The notes under the pieces were generated by a model, which had not been told where the DNA came from, did not search any database, and saw only the letters and a list, made by a program, of their open reading frames with translations. A program made the translations under genes and the position numbers. This document shows, piece by piece, positions 1-11,929 of a DNA stretch of 64,000 nt. The stretch comes from Octopus sinensis. Taxonomy: Eukaryota. How positions within the stretch are numbered: position 1 is the first letter of the stretch; the number at the start of each line of letters is the position of its first letter. The stretch covers positions 69,316,001 to 69,380,000 of the forward strand of contig NC_043009.1 in assembly GCF_006345805.1 (NCBI RefSeq), written 5' to 3'.

Positions 1-900
1 GATACCAGTGCTCATGAGGCTGTCATGAAGTTTGTAAGGTTTCAAACCCAGGGAGGTGGGGGGGGAACTTTATGATAGGAGCTGAGGGGCATAAGATGGA
101 TAAGCATGAGGCGGATAAGAGGGACAGATGGAAAGTTGTGGCTGCTGACTTCAACGGGGAATGAGGCCGCATGCCATTCCATGACAAGGACCTTGTTGGC
201 TAAGTCCTGATATTTCAATTCCTTTAGCTGGTGGTAAAGTCAATCCTCCCGGGGCAGTGTGAGTCTGACCATGATGATTGTTTTTGTATTCCTGGAGTGC
301 AGGAATGCAAATTGTATTGGTGGGGGTGGAGTAGAGAAGAGTATTAATGGACGAAGAGTGGGAAACAAGGGAAATGGTGCTGGACAGTAAGAAAAGAAAG
401 TGGTCACATGGAAGCAGTGCAGTTTGGGAGATAACTAAGGGTGTACCTTAGGGTGGAAGGAAATGGTGAAACTAAATAGGAACCTGCAAGTGTCGTTGTT
501 ATATTAATCTTTACATAAAAACAAAATGTGTGGAATTATCTTTGAATTATCATCATCAATATTCTTGTGTAAAAAGCACCTGTGCTGGTACCACATATAA
601 GGCAGCCAGTACCCTGTAAAGTGGTTGGTGTTAGGAATAGCATCTAGCAATAGAAATCTTGCTAAAACAGGTAATTGGAGCCTGGGTGGCTCTCCAGCCT
701 TGCCAACACCTGTCAGACCATCCAGCATTAAATGAAGATGAGGAGTTGAACTGGTTTTTTATAAGTTACTATGAAATATCCAGCAAGGAACTCATTTATT
801 TTTAGCAGTAGAGTTGATGGAGACTGTGTAAAGCCATCTTTAATATTCTTCTTTAGGAAAACATTGCTGTGAGTTGAATTATTGCTGTGCTGACCATATT
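1..900 (+). repeat. Paralogous copy of the ZNF downstream region (segmental duplication); implies another ZNF paralogue left of the window
   Basis: 1-555 closely matches 19428-19983 and 411-555 matches 11273-11417; about 560-900 matches 20290-20545 plus 20915-20960. Confidence 0.85.
125..305 (-). mobile_element. Fragment of an RLE-type (HERO/NeSL-like) non-LTR retrotransposon
   Basis: Reverse complement aligns with 23385-23560 of the HERO-like remnant (ctccaggaatacaaaa..., gaaatatcaggactta..., ggcatgcggcctcattccccg.tgaagtcagc). Confidence 0.65.
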
Positions 901-2994
901 TAAAAAAAAATAAATGAATTTATTAATCCAATTTCCATGGAATATTTTTTTATTGATTACAATAAGGAGAGATTACAAAAAAATTTTTTTTAGAAATTGC
1001 ATGAAAAAATTAGATCAATCCTTTTGGCAGCTTGGCTGATTTGGACAAGTTGGTAGGAGGTCAAAAAATAAAAAATAAATAGGTCAATAATTATTTTAAA
1101 AAAAACAAAAAAACAGCGTTCTTTGCATGTAAGCAAAGCAGTCAAAAATGTATATCAAAAGTAAATCTGGAAATATAAAGTATAAATATTATAAATACTA
1201 TAGTTGTATAAAATAAAGTTTAGAAAAGAATTTGGTTCAGCAGTTTGTGGGTTATAATGATTTTTCAAAATTTGACAGCAAAAAAATGCTTTTTAGTTTT
1301 TGTGGTAAAATATTACTCCATATATTAATCTAGTACATATAAATTGTAGAATATGTATGTATATTGACTAACACACATTTCCACAATTTTCAACTGATTT
1401 TCACCAAACTTTACACACTCATTACTTATGTCTCAAAGATGGTCATGCACTATAACATTTTGCCTAGAGCTCCCACATAAATGGACAAACCAGCAAAAAC
1501 TGGTTTACACAGGTTTTTTCTCTAATTTGTTGTATGTACATTGTTTTTTTTTGTTTGTAGGGTTTTCCATAGTTTTTTAATCTCTATGGTCATATATAAG
1601 CATTAGAGAATATTTTTGAGTGGTTTCCACATTTTTAAAAATTATTTATTTATATGTTGTAATTGTGTTTTATTACTTGATTAGAGAATATAATAAAAGT
1701 GAAAGGATTTTATCTCTTTCAACTGTCCACCTGTTAATATTTATTTGCTTGTTGTAAATGTGTATTATTACGTGGTTTGAGAATATTATAAAAGTGATAT
1801 GATTTTGTCTATTTATTTATTACCCTAACCCTAACTTGCCACAGGGATTAAATTGACCAGGAACACTGAACACAGGGAATATCCAATACCAATCTTAATC
1901 TCCATAGTTAAACTGCATTACACCTTTGTCAAACTTACCTTTACCTATTCTGAGTTACCTGAAAGGTGATGTTCCCTTCCCTCTCTTCTATTTGTTGGTA
2001 CCTTCGTTTACCTACCAAGGCGTTGTTTCACTTTAAGGATGCTTATTTACCCATCCGTCATGATATTTTGAATGCAACATCTTTTCACTGTGAACTGCTA
2101 GAGATTCAAAGCAATATTCGTGAACTGAAGCCAAACACTTCATATCTTCATCTTTTGTGACCTGAAGTCACATTCAGACTGGTCGTACTCTGTAAGCAGG
2201 TAACAAATACATTCTTTTAACTCTGCTTTTTCAAGTACGTTGTATATTGCCATTTTTGAACTTACCAATCATACTTCTCTCCCAAGAAATAGCTCCCTTT
2301 GCTGTTGAAAAAAATAAACTTGCAGAGGGGAAGTTTCAGCATCTTCCTTCAGTTTCCTTACACCATTTATGTGGTTGTTTCACACAAGGAACTTCGCTTT
2401 CATATAAAACAACTATATTTTGTAGTCATTATCTGTAATCTACTGCCAAAACACTTCATTAGCTCTACTTTGCATCGCCTGCAAACTTACATGTTCTGTG
2501 ATCATTAAAGTGCAGCGACCTCCGCAATAACCAGTCTTCAATTTCGTTTTCCGTCCCTAGGTTAATCGCAAACATAGATTGCCATGCTATTCATAAACCT
2601 TCTCGGGAGTTCAAATATTTGGTGAAAGAAAACCACCAAAGCAACTTAAACCATCCAAAGGATGGGTGTGTTTGCTAGCCCTGTTACAAATAAAGCTCTT
2701 TTGACAAACCAATACTCAACAAAGGTGATGGTGGTGGTGGGGGGGGGGTCAAAATTCAAGCCAGTGATACTTTTTGTTAGTTATGAGGGAGAGAATGACG
2801 ACAGATAATTTCATAGAAAGAAGTATGGCGGTTATGACGAAATATTTTGTGGAACTTGATGGCAGTGTCGTATGTATATGTATGTGTGTGTGTGTATACA
2901 TATATATATATATATATAAAGTGAAAGTAGTTTTGATTGAGGATTGTTTATTTTGGGAGTCTTCCATGATTTATGAATGACATGTGGAGTAAGA

Positions 2995-5040
2995 GAACTT
3001 TGCAATTTCCTCTGGCAGCAACATAGTAAGAGAATTTTGAGTATATTAAAGAATAATAAAGAGTGATTCTAACATTTTCAGGAAGAAGGTAAGGAATTCT
3101 ATTTAATATACCAAGAGCATGGGAATTTTGTTTGAATAAATTGCTTATCCATGTTTTGAAACTGAAAGAGTGATATGAATGCTGAGAAATTTTGTTGATG
3201 TTACATGTGAAATTGCTTTACCTGCGATGAGGACATTAGGAAGAAGCTGTTTGGGATTTGTGGAGAAAAACATGTAGCAGGGTTTTTTTCTATATTAAGG
3301 GTAAGCTGATTAGTGATAAGCCATTAATAAACCTTGTTCAGTTCTGAATTAATTGTATTGAATAGGGAGGGAAGGTCCCGGTGACTAATAAAAATAGTAG
3401 AGTCACCAGTGAAATGTAGAAAATTTAATAAATTAGTAGAATTGCACAAATCATTTATATAGATAAGGAACAGTAATGGGTCCACTATGGACCCCTAGGG
3501 GATTCCTAGCTTTATAGTGGATAATGGTGATTTTGATGTTTCAACAGTAACCTATTGTTAGGAACTCCATGTATTCCTGTATGCCTAAGTTTGGCCAACT
3601 ATATCTCTGACTGTACTGAATTGAACGCTTTACTGATATCTAAGAAAAGTGCAAGGAAATATTTAGATATGTTTAGTGAGCAGTAGGCATGATCTAGAAA
3701 TTCAAGGATTGCATCAGCAGTACTTGAGTTTTCTCTAAAGCCAATTTGGTGATTTGATAGTATTTTGTTAAGACTGAGAAATGACTGTAGTCTCTTGTAC
3801 ATTCACTTTTCAAAAAACTTTGAGAACGGATAGATATAGGCCTGTAGTTCCAAGGTTAGAGGCGTCTGTTTTATGGGGTGGAATGACATGTGCTGTTTTT
3901 AGACAGTCAGGGAATCCACCTTGTGCAATTGATTCAGGAAAGAGCATTGTAACAGGTAAGTTGATTATGTCAACAGACTTTGTAAATATATGAAGGGATA
4001 TTTCCATTTGAGTCTGGTTTATTTTTAATGGAATTTATAACAGATCTTACTTCGTCTGGGGAAAAATGAAATGCAAAGAAAAAGTTTGGGTTTCTAGGGC
4101 CCATGTAGCGGGGATCCAATCGTTAAGGTTCGTAGCTATATTAGAGAAGTAATTATTGAAGGTGCAGGCTATATCTTGTGGGGTTAGGGATTTATTTTCC
4201 TGTAGAATTTTATGCATCATATGTTTCTTCTTTTGATTGTTTGCAAGAGTGCTTTTTGTTTTCTTCGTATCACCAAGGTTTGCATGAAAGTTATTTTGAA
4301 AATATTTATATTTAGCCCATTTTATAATGGTAGTGAGTAGTATTTCATATTTATTATAATTTTGAAAGGTTAGTTGGTCATTTTGTATATTGGCAAAAAA
4401 GCGCATACTTTTTATTGATGTGATTTCGAATCCCACTTGTCAACCATGGTTTGAGGTAAGAATTAGGAGAGATTTGTTTTGATCGAATCGAGCAATACAT
4501 ATATATTTCAGAGAAAGTTGTGGTAAAAGTTTCTGTTTTAAGATTAATGTCTGAAATCAGAAGATTTATAAAATTCGAAGTAAATGTCTGAAGAGACTTG
4601 TGCATTTTATCTAAGGAGGTCTGGCTATGATGATCACAGTGATATTTTATGATTGGATCATGTAAATATCCTTCAAGGTTGAATAGGGTGAATGTAGGAG
4701 ATTGATCAGTTATTTCTATGTCAAAAACTCCAGAATGAGTATTGGAAAGTTGATTATACCATATTTGATCGAGACACGAACTGGAAGTTGCTGAAGATTG
4801 AGTAGATAATGTGATGAGGGGCAGAAAAGATGAAGACTAAAGCGTAATTATTAATTGATTTCCAGTGTTTGTAGGATTTAAGATATCAATGTTAAAATCA
4901 TCAGATACAACTGCGGTGTGGTTCAGATTACAAGAAGACAAAATATTTGATAGACACATACTAAATTCCTGGATGCTGGCGTCAGGAGCTCAATAAACTC
5001 CTATTACATGTAGAGGAATTAACAGTTATTTTAACAGAAC
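2995..5040 (-). mobile_element. Decayed L2/Crack/CR1-group LINE (endonuclease-RT remnant)
   Basis: Frameshifted ORF pieces 3599-3802 (LSNHQIGFRENSSTADAILEFLD...LALFLDISKAFNSV), 3810-4007 (AHVIPPHK), 4047-4436 (FNNYFSNIA) and 4378-4605 (KPWLTSGI) match LINE ORF2 motifs. Confidence 0.8.
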
Positions 5041-5262
5041 ATGCTTCCATATTATTATTATTATTAATATATGACCAGTTATCTATTAAAGAAGAACTTA
5101 GTTTGGATTGTATATACACACTTATACAATCACCTTTTTTTATGCACATGAAAAATATTGTAGCCAGGTGTGTAGATGCACTATTGTTTATACTAAACCA
5201 GGTTTCAGAAAATACGAGAATTTCAAGTATTTTTACATAATTTGTTTAAGTATGATAAGAAT

Positions 5263-6735
5263 TCATCATCGTTTAACGTCCATCTTCCATGTTAGCATGG
5301 GTTGGAAGGTTTGACCGGGGTCTGGGAAACCAGGACACTGCACCAGGCTCCAGTCTGATCTGGCAGTGTTCCTACAGCTGGATGCCCTTCCTAATGCCAA
5401 CCACTCCGTGAATGTAGTGGGTGCTTTTTACATGCCAGGTGAGGCTGGCAATGGCCACGATCAGTTGGTGCTTTTTACGTGCCACCAGCATGGAAGCCAG
5501 TCAAGGCAGCCCTGGCATCAGCCACGTTCGGATGCTGCTTTTTATGTGCCACTGGCACAGGTACCACAGCTATAATTTCCATTTGTTTTTTATTTTGATG
5601 TTGCTGTACTTGACTCAATAGGTCTCCTCAAGCACAGCTCTACGACACAAGGTAAGCACAGCAGGTTGTCCTATGATCCAAGTTACTCTAGAACGGACCA
5701 GCATGGGTTATGCAAAACTGGTGTAGGATACAGCCATGAACTCACTTTATTTGCCGGGTTTTCTCAATCACAGCATATCTCCAGAGGTCTCAGTCTTTCG
5801 TCATTGCCTCTATGAGGTCCAACATTCGAAGGTCATGCTTGACCACCTCATCCCATGTCTTCCTGGGTCTGCCTCTACCCTGGATTCCTCCAGCTGTTTG
5901 GGAGTGGCACTTCTTCACACATGCATCGCACAATCTACTTTTCACTCTGAGCGAGAGACCCTTTGTCACCAGTAGGGGTAGGAGCTTTCTGAACTTTGCC
6001 CAGGCTATTCGTATTCTAGTGGTGACACTCTCTGAGCATCTACCTCCACTAATAACTTGGTCACCTAGGTAGCAGAAACTATCAACTACTTCTAGTTTCT
6101 TCCCCTGGAGTATGATGGAATCTGTTTTCTGAGTATCTGTGGTGTCTATGGTCCCTGTGCATCTGCCACACACGAAAGCTATCTTCTTGGTTAATCTTTC
6201 TTTCATGTTGCTGCACCTCTTATGTGTCCATAGCTTATACTGGGTACATCTTATGGGGTTTCGACCTACACCTTTTCTACAGATCAAGCAAAGCCACCTA
6301 CCTGAAGGGGTGTGTGATGAGTTTGCCTTCTTACTAGAACTTTGGTCTTTGCTACATTGACTCTAAAGCCTTTTGATTCTAAACCTTGCTTCCACACCTG
6401 GAATTTCTTTTCTAGTTCCTGTAGTGATTCTTCTATGAGGGTCAGGTCATCAGTATAAAGGAGCTCCCCGGGGCAACCTGTCTTGAATTCCTCTGTTATT
6501 GCCTGGAGGACTATGATGAATAAAAGGGGACTGAGGGCTGAACCTTGGTGAACTCCTACTTCTACCCAGAATTCTTCCCTATACTCATTGCCAATCCTAA
6601 CATTACTAACGGCCTCTCTGTATAGGGCCTGTACAGACCTTATTAACCATTTGTTAGTTTCCGCATCGCCCACCAGATAAGAGATCAGGGGATCCTGTCA
6701 AAGGCTTTCTCCAAGTCCACAGAAGCTAAGTATCT
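5263..6735 (-). mobile_element. 5'-truncated RTE-clade LINE with internal deletion and (GAT)n tail
   Basis: ORF pieces 6284-6673 (GVHQGSALSPLLF, LLYTDDL) and 5790-6287 (VDSFCYLGD); tail at 5263. Relative to the copy at 12490-12725, about 230 bp is deleted at a cacacat microhomology. Confidence 0.9.
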
Positions 6736-6894
6736 ATGTTTTTATTAAACAAATCAATAGAAAATAGTAGCTGTAACATACTAAAATGGTTCCAATTGAA
6801 ATAATTTGAGATTTTAAAGAATATTGTTAATTATTGAAGAAAAAAATTGTTAGCTTCAGACCCTTTCTGTTAGTTTCATCAGGTTAGATTGTTT

Positions 6895-7412
6895 TTTCGA
6901 TTCCTGTTGGGGCAAACGAAATTGAACCAATCCTATGACTGGCACCCTGCAGTTGCCAGAGCCGCTGGACTGACTCCTGTGCAGGTGGCAAGTAAAGAAA
7001 CAGTGTTTCGACCCTGTGCTTGAGGAGACCTATGGAGTCAAGTACACCAACATCAAAAATCAATGGAAACTGTACTTGTGATTCCTGTCCCGGTGGATCG
7101 TAAAAAGCACCATCCGAACATGGCCGATGCCAGCACCGCCTTGAATGGCTTCTGTGCCGGTGGTACGTAAAAAGCACCAATCCGATCGTGGCCGTTGACA
7201 GCCACGCCTAGCACCTGTGCCAGTGGCACGTAAAAAGCACCCACTACACTCACGGAGTGGTTGGCGTTAGGAAGGGCATCCAGCTGTAGAAACACTGCCA
7301 GATCAGACTGGAGCCTGGTGCAGCCTCCTGGCTTCCCAAGACCCCTGGTTGAACTGTCCAACCCATGCTAGAATGGAGAACGGACGTTAAACATGGATGA
7401 TGGTGATGATGA
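6895..7412 (+). mobile_element. Non-autonomous element made of the RTE 3' UTR (SINE-like)
   Basis: Three gtgccRgtggcacgtaaaaagcacc-like units, then ggttggcgttaggaagggcatccagctgtagaaac and a (GAT)n tail, as at the 3' end of the RTE at 49850-50143. Confidence 0.85.
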
Positions 7413-7959
7413 TAGCATTGTGATAATCAGAAAACCTCTTTTCTTCACCATTTTAAGTTACGCACGTGTATTAAAGTTTTATTGTTTGGAAAATGGTGAA
7501 TTAAAGTTGATTGGATTAATTTATTTTTAATTTGTTCTGGCAGAAATTTGTCAGTCCAAGTTGTGCTTTGGGATCTGAGCAAACATTACAAGTCAATGCA
7601 GGGGTACATTGTGCAAGGCATTTGGGTATCCTGACTTCTGGGAGTTACCAGTGGTATATATTTTGTCTTTCTTTAGTGTATATATGTATGTTAAACAAAA
7701 CTGTGTTTGTAATTATACTTCATAAATTTGATGTTGGAAATTCTCTTATCCAAATCAGTTTCTCATCTTAAAATTTGGGGTGGGTTGGTGATGGAGGGTG
7801 AAATTCCATTGTTTTTGCTTTAAAAAATTGCTGACTCAGAATCATGATTTTCAAATTTTAAATTTAAGTCATCACAAACATATTAGGTTATGTTTAAAAA
7901 CTCCTTATTTTATTTTTTAATTTTTTTTTGTTAACGTAAGTTTATATTCTTGAATATGT

Positions 7960-8340
7960 TTAACAAATCTTCATCTGCCGTAAGCGTTAGAGTTTATCAT
8001 TTTAGAGAAATCAGAAAAGGAGAAATGCGAACAACGCAAGAATAATTTGAAATTGGGTCCAGGCTAGCCCTGGCGGTAATTTGAAATCGATTTTAGATGA
8101 CCGGGTGGTAACTTGAAATGCAGGGAACGTTGAAGGCTTTACACCGGGCTATTATCATCGTCGTCGGAGGCGGAATGATTACGAAACTGCGGTTGACAAT
8201 AAACCTCTGTCTCCTTTTATGTTAATTGCATTCGTTTCCCTGATTTTCGCCGATTCCGACCAAAGTCTGCTGCAACGATTGCCAAAGATGTCATAGTGTT
8301 AGCCAAGCGAATTACCATTATGTAAATTAAACGTGAGTAT
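7960..8340 (+). promoter_or_regulatory. Putative promoter and non-coding exon 1 of ZNF-A (donor 8333; acceptor 9529)
   Basis: Local CpG enrichment; ggaatgattacgaaactgcg motif shared with other paralogue promoters; ac|GTGAGTATT donor; polypyrimidine tract with tttcag| at 9529. Confidence 0.6.
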
Positions 8341-9939
8341 TTAAAGGAAATTCAAAACTACATAAATTATTTCCAAGCGGAGAGTTTCGGAATCCCACAT
8401 CGACAAGTACCTGCTGCCCATCGAGTACCGTCAGCTATTCTGAAACTCCACCGTCCTCAATATTTCCGCCGTTTCTCCTTTGCAATTTTCACTTTCTGTA
8501 GATTTCTTTCCCACCCATAGCTACACCTCGGACTCCGCATAGAAATCCCACCCTACTCTACCAAAGTCAATTCCTTCTCGATGGGAACAGGGTCTTCTCT
8601 TCTTTCCTACTTACTAATACATTAATTTTCGCTGTCTGTCGATTGTTTCCATGCTTGAAAGGGAGTAGAGCATCAGAATAAGGGGCTACCCCTTAGCAGC
8701 CGGCCTTAAAGTCTTTTGTTGGGGCTTAGAGAACTATAACGAACAGAAACTGAAGGGAGAGAGAGAGAGGGTCCTGGTGCAATCCCCTCTTCCCGCTGAA
8801 TTCGTAGCCATACTCTTTCTTAAGTCTCACTTTGCTCCCTATACATCGCTTGTGTGGCTCTCACAAGGCATTATTCAGCTATTCCAGATGTCTTCGGTTT
8901 TCACCAGACCACAGCTATGAACCCTATCATAGTTACTTGGGCAACAAATGCTAGGTGTAGGGGCCAAGTCATGGCTAGATACTTCTCGGTTTTGACACTA
9001 AATAACATTGCTTTATATAAATATCAGTCACTTCTTGAAAAAGGATTTTCAATGTCAACTACCTAAACAACATCAATTCGTTGCAGGCGAAATTTTCCCT
9101 TTTCATTTGCAAAGTTTGTCACTGTCCATTAATGTTTTCATTCGCTATTTGCAAACAACTACGACAAATTACTAAAAGAAATATTTACTACAAATTTAAA
9201 TCTTTGATATAAGATAGTTTTTACCAGTAAGGTAATATTGTTTGTTGGTCAGAGATGTGTTTATGCAAAACTAGAAACAAATGATGTTTTTCGCTTGGTA
9301 ATGACCCTTGCTTCCAACAATCAAGACAAGTAGACATTTCTTTTCTGTGGTATGATATGTATCTCTATTAGATGTTTATTTCTGCTCTGTTATGTATGAA
9401 ATAATGTTGTGATACGCTGGACAAGTTCAGTTGTATTCTAAAATTTATCACCATAAAAATGTGAATTTTTGGTGATTCTCTACAGTTTAATTATTCTTCA
9501 TATCTTTTACTGTTTCTCTATCATTTCAGGTCCTTGATGAAACTGGTATCGAAATATTATCTTACATCAGAAGCATCATCAATATTTATCAGCTTTTAAA
9601 GATAAAGGAAGATTCTGTATAAGAAATATGATACTTGTATAAATCTGGGGAAGCATGGCAAAATGTTTCACTCTGGGTGAGATTATTAGCAACATTTTTG
9701 AAGGCCACCGTCTGGAATGAGAACAAAATTCTACATTCTAAATAAATATATTTATAAATTACTTTACATCATCTTCAGATATTGGTAAAGACTGCAGCTG
9801 ATGGGAATATAACTGAAGGAATACTTGTTAAAAATAATTTATAAAAAGAAAAGCAAGTGAAGTGTTCTTATATTGTGGAGAAATAAGAAAAACTTATGTT
9901 ATGAGTTAAAAGATTGCTTTAAATGTTTGTCCTTCAGAA

Positions 9940-11154
9940 ATGGCCAAAAAATTAGGAAAGTCCTCACATGAGTGTGATATCTGTGGAAAGTTATTCACTA
10001 CAAAAAGTCATCTTACTACTCACGTACGTATTCATACAGGAGTGAGACCTTATCACTGTGATATCTGTGGTAGATCATTCTCTCAATGTACTGAATTAAA
10101 TAATCACAAACGTGTTCATACAGGAGAGAGACCTTATCACTGTGATATCTGTGGACAATCATTCACTTGTAGTAATGTTTTAACTACGCACAGACGTATT
10201 CACACAGGAGAGAAACCGTATCAGTGTGACATTTGTAGTAAATCATTCCGCAATAGTACGAACCTGACTGCTCACAAACGTATTCATACTGGAGAAAAAC
10301 CATATCATTGTGATTTTTGTGGTAAAGCATTCTCTCGGTCTACTGAATTAACTACTCACAAACGTGTTCATACAGGAGAGAAGCCATATAAATGTGATAT
10401 CTGTGGTCAGTCATTTACACGTAGAGATGTTTTAACCAGACACAGACGTATTCACACAGGAGAGAGACCTTATCAGTGTGACACGTGTAGTAAATCATTC
10501 CCCAATAGTACAAACCTGACTGCTCACAAACGTATTCATACTGGAGAAAAACCATATCATTGTGACTTTTGTGGTAGATCATTCGTTCAAAATATCCAGC
10601 TAATTAATCACAAACGTATTCATACAGGAGAAAAGCCCTATCAATGCGATTTGTGTGATAAATCATTCTCTCGAATTGATACTCTAACAGTTCACAGACA
10701 CATTCATACAGCAGAGAAACCATATTGGTGTGATATCTGTGGTAAATCATTCCCTCGAAATCGTGCCTTGATTGATCACAAATGCATTCATACTGGGGAA
10801 AAGCGATTCCATTGTGATGTTTGTGGTAAAGCATTCGTTCAAAGTAATGTTTTAAAGGGACATATACTCATTCATACTGGGGAAAAACCATATCACTGTG
10901 ATATCTGTGGTAAATCATTTGCTAAAAGTACTGCTGTAACTCTACACAAACATATTCACACTAAAGAAAAGCCATATCATTGCGATATCTGTGGTAAATC
11001 ATTCTCTCGCAGAAATTATCTGGCTAAGCACAAGAGTATTCATACAGCTTCAAGACTACATCACTGTAATATCTGTGATAAATCATTCTCTCAGCATGAT
11101 GAATTAACTAATCACATATGTATTCCTACATCATCAGACAAAACACATCATTGA
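9940..11154 (+). CDS. Tandem C2H2 zinc-finger protein A (404 aa; 13 canonical fingers + 1 degenerate)
   Basis: Repeated C-x2-C-x12-H-x3-H with TGE(K/R)PY linkers; intact ORF; no effector domain. Confidence 0.95.
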   Translation: MAKKLGKSSHECDICGKLFTTKSHLTTHVRIHTGVRPYHCDICGRSFSQCTELNNHKRVHTGERPYHCDICGQSFTCSNVLTTHRRIHTGEKPYQCDICSKSFRNSTNLTAHKRIHTGEKPYHCDFCGKAFSRSTELTTHKRVHTGEKPYKCDICGQSFTRRDVLTRHRRIHTGERPYQCDTCSKSFPNSTNLTAHKRIHTGEKPYHCDFCGRSFVQNIQLINHKRIHTGEKPYQCDLCDKSFSRIDTLTVHRHIHTAEKPYWCDICGKSFPRNRALIDHKCIHTGEKRFHCDVCGKAFVQSNVLKGHILIHTGEKPYHCDICGKSFAKSTAVTLHKHIHTKEKPYHCDICGKSFSRRNYLAKHKSIHTASRLHHCNICDKSFSQHDELTNHICIPTSSDKTHH

Positions 11155-11617
11155 TACAAACATTGTATCAGCACTCTGATGCTGATGATCTTGATAGACA
11201 AGTTGAGCATAAGAGGCATGAGATGTGGTGTGAAAGAGAGATGACTGTGATGCGTATGGACGAGGACAGGAAGCAGTGCAGTTTGGGAGATAACTAAGGG
11301 TGTACCTTAGGGTGGAAGGAAATGTGAAACTAAATAGGAACCTGCAAGTGTCGTTGTTATATTAATCTTTACATAAAAACAAAATGTGTGGAATTATCTT
11401 TGAATTATCATCATCAACATTTCTCTAACATTTTGTCATTTCATTAGTTTGAAATTTAAAACTCCAGAGTTCTGGCTGCACCAATCCTTGTGAATATTCT
11501 TGATTTGAAATCGAAATAAAACTGGTTTACTCTTAAAGTGTTCTTGTTTTTTATCAAATTAATGAAAGTTTTTACTGATTTCAACATCATTTTACAGGCA
11601 TTTTAAATACATATATG

Positions 11618-11790
11618 TAAAAAGCACCCACTACACTCTCGGAGTGGTTGGCATTAGGAAGAGCATCCAGCTGTAGAAACTCTGCCAGATCAAGATTGGA
11701 GCCTGGTGCAGCCATCTGGCTCGCCAGCCCTCAGTCAAAATCGTCCAACCCATGCCTGCAATGGAAAGCGGACGTTAAACGATGATGATG
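11618..11790 (+). mobile_element. Short RTE-tail SINE-like copy
   Basis: aaaagcacccactacactctcggagtggttggc...ggacgttaaacgatgatgatgat. Confidence 0.8.
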
Positions 11791-11929
11791 ATATGTGTGA
11801 TTACTTTTATATCAAGAGCAATCGACATTACAACATGAAAATTACTTATAAGATATGGTAATAATTTGAAGAAGAATAACAGAATTGCTGGAAACTTTAT
11901 TTGTTTTTTATGGAGTGCTATTAACATTA

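Noticed and set aside
1820-1835. CCCTAACCCTAAC as a telomeric remnant
   Set aside because: Only two units; more likely part of a repeat in the unassigned 950-1860 region.
1870-2640. Short ORFs suggesting a decayed gene
   Set aside because: No recognisable motif and no splice or homology support from the sequence alone.
7083-7245. Repeat-spacer pattern resembling a CRISPR array
   Set aside because: Eukaryotic context; only 3-4 units; spacers partly resemble one another; always part of the RTE 3' UTR; no cas genes.
8854-9066. Duplicated 70-aa ORF (also 16553-16765) and the 47252/54156 ORFs
   Set aside because: Non-ATG starts within inferred introns; identity reflects segmental duplication, not coding constraint.
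9530-9939. Exon-2 leader as a hidden effector domain (KRAB/ZAD/BTB)
   Set aside because: Stops in the frames I read and no recognisable motif; only short upstream ORFs.
10604-10834. Antisense ORFs over ZNF genes (also 18051-18365, 27937-28584, 62617-62844)
   Set aside because: Shadows of the 84-bp finger periodicity.
11070-11130. Terminal H-x-C finger as a novel zinc-binding variant (HICIP, HVCVIP, HFCIRP)
   Set aside because: The spacing is too short for a ligand; Cys at this position also occurs in intact fingers (HKCIH) and fits CGT-to-TGT decay; the last His is simply lost.
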